A stretch of 64,000 nt of DNA from the human T2T-CHM13v2.0 reference genome, Homo sapiens. Shown here one piece after another: positions 55,561 through 64,000 of this stretch. The DNA lies in NCBI RefSeq assembly GCF_009914755.1, contig NC_060940.1; one strand, 5' to 3'. The notes under the pieces are model-generated. The model searched no databases, was not told the DNA's origin, and worked only from the letters and a program-made list of their open reading frames with translations. A program made the translations under genes and the position numbers. Position 1 is the stretch's first letter, and every line of letters begins with the position of its first letter.

Positions 55561-56415
55561 TCTAAAGAGTGGGGTCAATTCTGCATCAGCATTTACAGGA
55601 GGAACATATAAAGTACTCCCCAGGGTAAGCCTAAGATGGAAGCCCTGAATCTGCTGTTCTCACAGCAAAGCTCACGCTGAGTGTCTCGCCCTGTGAGTAT
55701 CTGCGCACAATGTAATGTAAGATATGGAGTCTAGAGCCCGATTCCAAGGGTTCAAATCTCCTCTGTTTTTTCTTTTTAGAGGTGGGTTCTTGCTATGTTG
55801 TCCAGGCTGGACTCGAACTCCTGGACTGAAGCCATCCTCTCACCTCAGCCTCCCTAGTAACTGGGATTACAGGTGCATGCCACCGTGTCAGGCTCAAATC
55901 CCTTCCTTGAAGTGAACAGGTGTGTGACATTGAGCAAGTCACTCAGCTCTCTCTGTTAGCTTCAGTCTTTTTAATCTTGACTCTGAGAAAATGATAGTGC
56001 CTAGGTTTGTAATGAAGATGAAATGAATTATGCTAAATAAAAAACCTGGAATAGTGCTTGCATATAGTAAGTGCTGGGGAAGTGTTTGCTATTGTTATTT
56101 TTCATTCAACATAAGTTCCCCCAAACAGCAGCCAACAATTTCAAGCGGGGCTCATGTCCAGGACTGCTTTTGTATCCAATGGCAGATAAAGTGATGGCTA
56201 AAGACTTCTTGAAAGACAAAAGTTACTTGATTGGCTAGTTAGGGATTTTCAGGGGTGATTTTTACTTCACGTGTTTGCCTGAAGACCTGAGCCCACTAAC
56301 ATGTGATTTCCTGTAGTGTCTGAGACCACAGGACAATGATCTTCTCAATATGACATTCACTAGGCTGAACAAGGACCAACCAAGAAATAATAAGCAGGCT
56401 GGGTGCAGTGGCTCA

Positions 56416-56691
<276 letters not shown>

Positions 56692-57724
56692 TCAAACCCC
56701 ACAAACAAAACCAGCTCTGACAGCTGAGACCAAAATTAGATCTAAGAAATCTGTCTGTGGCAGGAAGAGACTTTCCTACTTTGGGTGGAAATTCATGGAA
56801 GCCCATGACCTTTGGGTTCGGAGGAATTCTGTGAAAACAGTGCCTTGAAAGCATAACATAACTTTCCACAGGAAGACAGTTTCCAACTCCAGGAGAACTC
56901 CAGTGTGATGGGGTGAGCTGAGAACATGCCTCTGCACAGCCCAGGATGCGGAAGTCACACTCGTGATCAGAATAACAGGTGCCACTTCTGAAGCCCACAA
57001 GGGGCATCAGGAGCCCTGCCAGGTCCCCTAAACACATTGTGCACCTCATTTAATCATCTTTTTACAACCTTATAATACAGCCAACATCAACCCCATTTTA
57101 CAGAAAAGAAAAGTGGGTACCCAGAAGGTGTCATGGTCACTGTTCAAGTTCAAGGTCACTGTGAGTCAAGGGTTAACATCGGGCCTGGGCTGATGGGGGC
57201 CTGCCTGGGAATGACCCTGGCCTCCCGTAGCACAGAGGCTCCACGAGGACTGTTGTATCTGCCACCCACTGCCCCTGCACTGGAGGGACTGAGTTGGCCA
57301 GCAGGCCTTGGGTCTGGGTAAACAGAGTCATAGAAAAGGTTGGTGGGAAACGGAGGCTACAGCTTCTGTGATTCAAGGTAACCCATAGTGCTTTGGCTCT
57401 CGCCTGTGGCAGCCAGACACAATTCTTGCAGTAGTAGAGCAAAAGGAGCTATGTGGGTGCAGGGGCTAGATCTCCCAATGAGCTGAAGATGCCCTACCTC
57501 TGTCTTCCTATAGAGCTGAGGAAACATAGTTTTATATCAAAGCCTATTTGCACCTGCCAGCTTGGGCCCAGAACTGTACTGTGGGGGTGCAGTCACTTGG
57601 CTAGGGAGTGGTAGAATCAAGATCCAGGTCTGTCTGACCTAAAGCCCAGGCTCCTCCTGCATCCCAAGGCAGCTGGAAACCCACAACACTCACTCACAGC
57701 TGGTCTGCAACACAGCACGGCTAA

Positions 57725-60800
<3,076 letters not shown>

Positions 60801-61770
60801 AAGAAATAAAAAGTTTGCCCACCGGGGAAAAACACATACAGCATGGCTAACATTTCCTCTGTGTGCCCAGCTCTGCTGTGGAATCACACCCTCCACTGAT
60901 CCTGCAAGATGTGATGTACTTCCCAGGCCCCCCACCGCAACACTGCACCTCACTGACCTGGAACCAGGGACAGAAAGAGCAGAGACCAGAGCTCCATCCC
61001 CAGGGCTTAGCCCAGCACCTGCCCCTGGCAGATGTTGAATAAATATTTAGTAAATAAACTGTATAATAACCACGTGGTGAAGTCAGGCTGATACAATTAT
61101 CCCCATTTTACCGACTGGCCAATGGAGGCCCAGCAAAGTAAGGTGACCTGTCCAAAAATCACAAAGCCAGAAAGTGATAAAGGAAGAGATGAACCCAATG
61201 TCCCAGACTCCTGTGACAGGCCCCCTTCCACAGCATCACCTCCTTTCGATGTCAGCCTGGAATCCATTTCAACAAGGGATTTACAAATAACTGTTTTCAC
61301 TCTATACTAGCGATTCTTAACTTTTTTGGATCATGGGCCCATTTGATAATCCAATTAATGTTTGGATCCTTTGGGAGCACTTTGGGAAGATGAGGCAGAG
61401 AGATCGCTTGAGTCCAGGAGTTTGAGATCAGCATGGACAACATAGCAAGACTCCGTCTCATAAACAAACAAATAAACAAATAAATAAATAAAGTTTGGAT
61501 CCTTTTTCTAAAACAACACACATATGAAACTTAGATAATAGTTTTCAGAGGTTTCCTGAACCCCTGAAGCCCATCTGTAGACCTCAGTTAAGAATTCCCT
61601 TTCTAGGCCGGGCATGGTGGCTCACGCCTGTAATCCCAGCACTTTGGGAGGCCAAGGCACTAGGATCACTCAAGATCAGGAGTTCAAGCCTGGCCAACAT
61701 GATGAAACCCTGTCTCTACTAAAAATACAAAATTAGCCAGCGTGGTGGCACGCACCTGTAATCCCAGCTA

Positions 61771-61953
<183 letters not shown>

Positions 61954-63117
61954 TCAGGATTTTAGAGCCATCTCTACATTCCTACACATCAGAATCAATG
62001 GGGTGCTATTTTAAATTCATGTTCCTAGGCCCATCCCCTGTGAATCTGGTTAAATAAGTCCAGGGCCAGACCCAGGAATCTGCATTAGGCACACCGAGGA
62101 TTCTGGGATGGGTGGCTCTCAAACATACCCACCTGGATACATGAACTGCTGCCTCCCAGATCTCTGATTGCAGCCCTGGTGACTTCTCGAGCTCCTGGCC
62201 TCTCCTCCCAGCTGTCCACTGGCTACTAGAATGTTCCAACACAGACTAACAAGGACCACTCTGAGTTCAACATCTTTCCCCCAGAAGTGCTTCTTCACCT
62301 GACTCACCAGACCACCAGCCTGAGTGTCACCCTGATGATCCCTGTCCCTACCCCACATCTTGACCACCAGCAAGGCGGGCCGATTCTACCTCCCCTGTGC
62401 CTCTGGGCCCCTTTCCTCCGTCATCCCTGCCAGTGCCTTGGTCTGATCTCCTATCCTACTTCCACCCCAACAACCCAGCCTCCATCACTGCCCTGAGCAA
62501 AATCCTTCCATGGTGACCGAACTCTGGAACTGCCCTGCCCAATGCCACAGCCACATGTGGCTATTTACATTCAAATTAATTAAATAATATCAAAACATTT
62601 GTCCCTCAGGCGCCCTGGCCACATTTCAGACATTTAATCACCACAGGTGGCTGAGGCCACCGTGCTGCACAGCACAGATAAAGGCACAGCCCCATCCTCA
62701 TAGAAGGTTCAGTGGACAATGCACCTCCAGAGCTTGGAGCTTGGTTGCTAAGTGCTGCAGGGTCTGGCCCCGATCTCCACGCAGGCCACTTCCCAGCACC
62801 TGGGTCTTGAGCCACATGGAACCACCCTAAATTCATGACCTTACCTCCAAGCCTCCCCATGGTATATCTACCCTTCCCAGCCTAACCAACTCCTACCCTA
62901 CCTGTGGGTCCCAGCTTAGCTGGTACCTCCTTCTCTGGCCAGGATAGGAGCCCCAGCTTCTGCCTATCCCAGCGTTTAAAATACTGAGTTCTGGCCAGGC
63001 ACAGTGGCTCACACCTATAATCTCAGCACTGTGGGAGGCTGAAGTAGGTAGGTAGGGAGGCTGAGATCAGGAGTTTGAGACCAGCCTGGCCAACATGGCG
63101 AAACTCCATCTCTACTA

Positions 63118-63572
<455 letters not shown>

Positions 63573-64000
63573 CCTAGATTGGGCAATCTGTAAAGGCAGG
63601 AGTGGGGTCCTGAACACTGCATTTCCCCAGCCACTAGCCCAGAGTTGAGCATACAGTAGATACTCAATAGAAATTGAACACATATGAGTTCAGATGTTCT
63701 AGAAGATTCTTTACCCAGGATTCCAGTTCTTTTGGAATCTTCATTTGCAGTGTCTTCCCTTAAAGATAATCATTGGCCATTATGGTGGGATGAATAATAG
63801 CCTCCGAAAATATCCAGGTCCTGGATGGGTGCAGTGGCTCATGCCTGTAATCCCAAGGCTTTAAGAGGCTGACACGGGAAGAGTACTTGAGGCCGGAAGT
63901 TCCAGATCAGCCTGGACAACATACCAAGACCCCATCTCTACAAAATTAAATTTTTAAAAAATTAGCCTGGCATGGTGGCAACACCTATAGTCCTAGCTAC

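Overview
This is primate, almost certainly human, genomic DNA. It holds two convergent, overlapping spliced genes, which I recognise as the NUBP1/TVP23A locus on human 16p13.13. The + strand carries the last eight coding exons and 3' end of NUBP1, a cytosolic Fe-S cluster scaffold P-loop NTPase (524-~17270). The - strand carries five coding exons of TVP23A/FAM18A, a Golgi membrane protein (18190-23014), plus a predicted non-coding terminal exon (~14594-17019) that lies antisense over the last two NUBP1 exons. From 23015 to the end the window appears to be one long TVP23A intron, since no upstream TVP23A exon was found. It is packed with Alus, ERV/MaLR LTRs, old L1/L2/MIR fragments and MER DNA transposons. 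Almost all ORFs in the supplied track are Alu- or repeat-derived artefacts. I found no new gene system, CRISPR array or RNA gene. The most notable observations are: (i) a 258-bp inverted, locally templated copy of an LTR14-Alu junction with a snap-back hairpin at its edge, plus other short locally templated insertions nearby; (ii) a predicted TVP23A splice acceptor written on the complement of the NUBP1 stop codon, with the poly(A) signal supplied by a MER51 LTR; (iii) a NUBP1 exon that starts with a donor-like GTAAGA, making it a recursive-splicing candidate; and (iv) an 18-bp minisatellite that grades into a 36-bp dimeric array. Repeat family names and exon numbers come from recalled consensus sequences and annotation, and should be confirmed.
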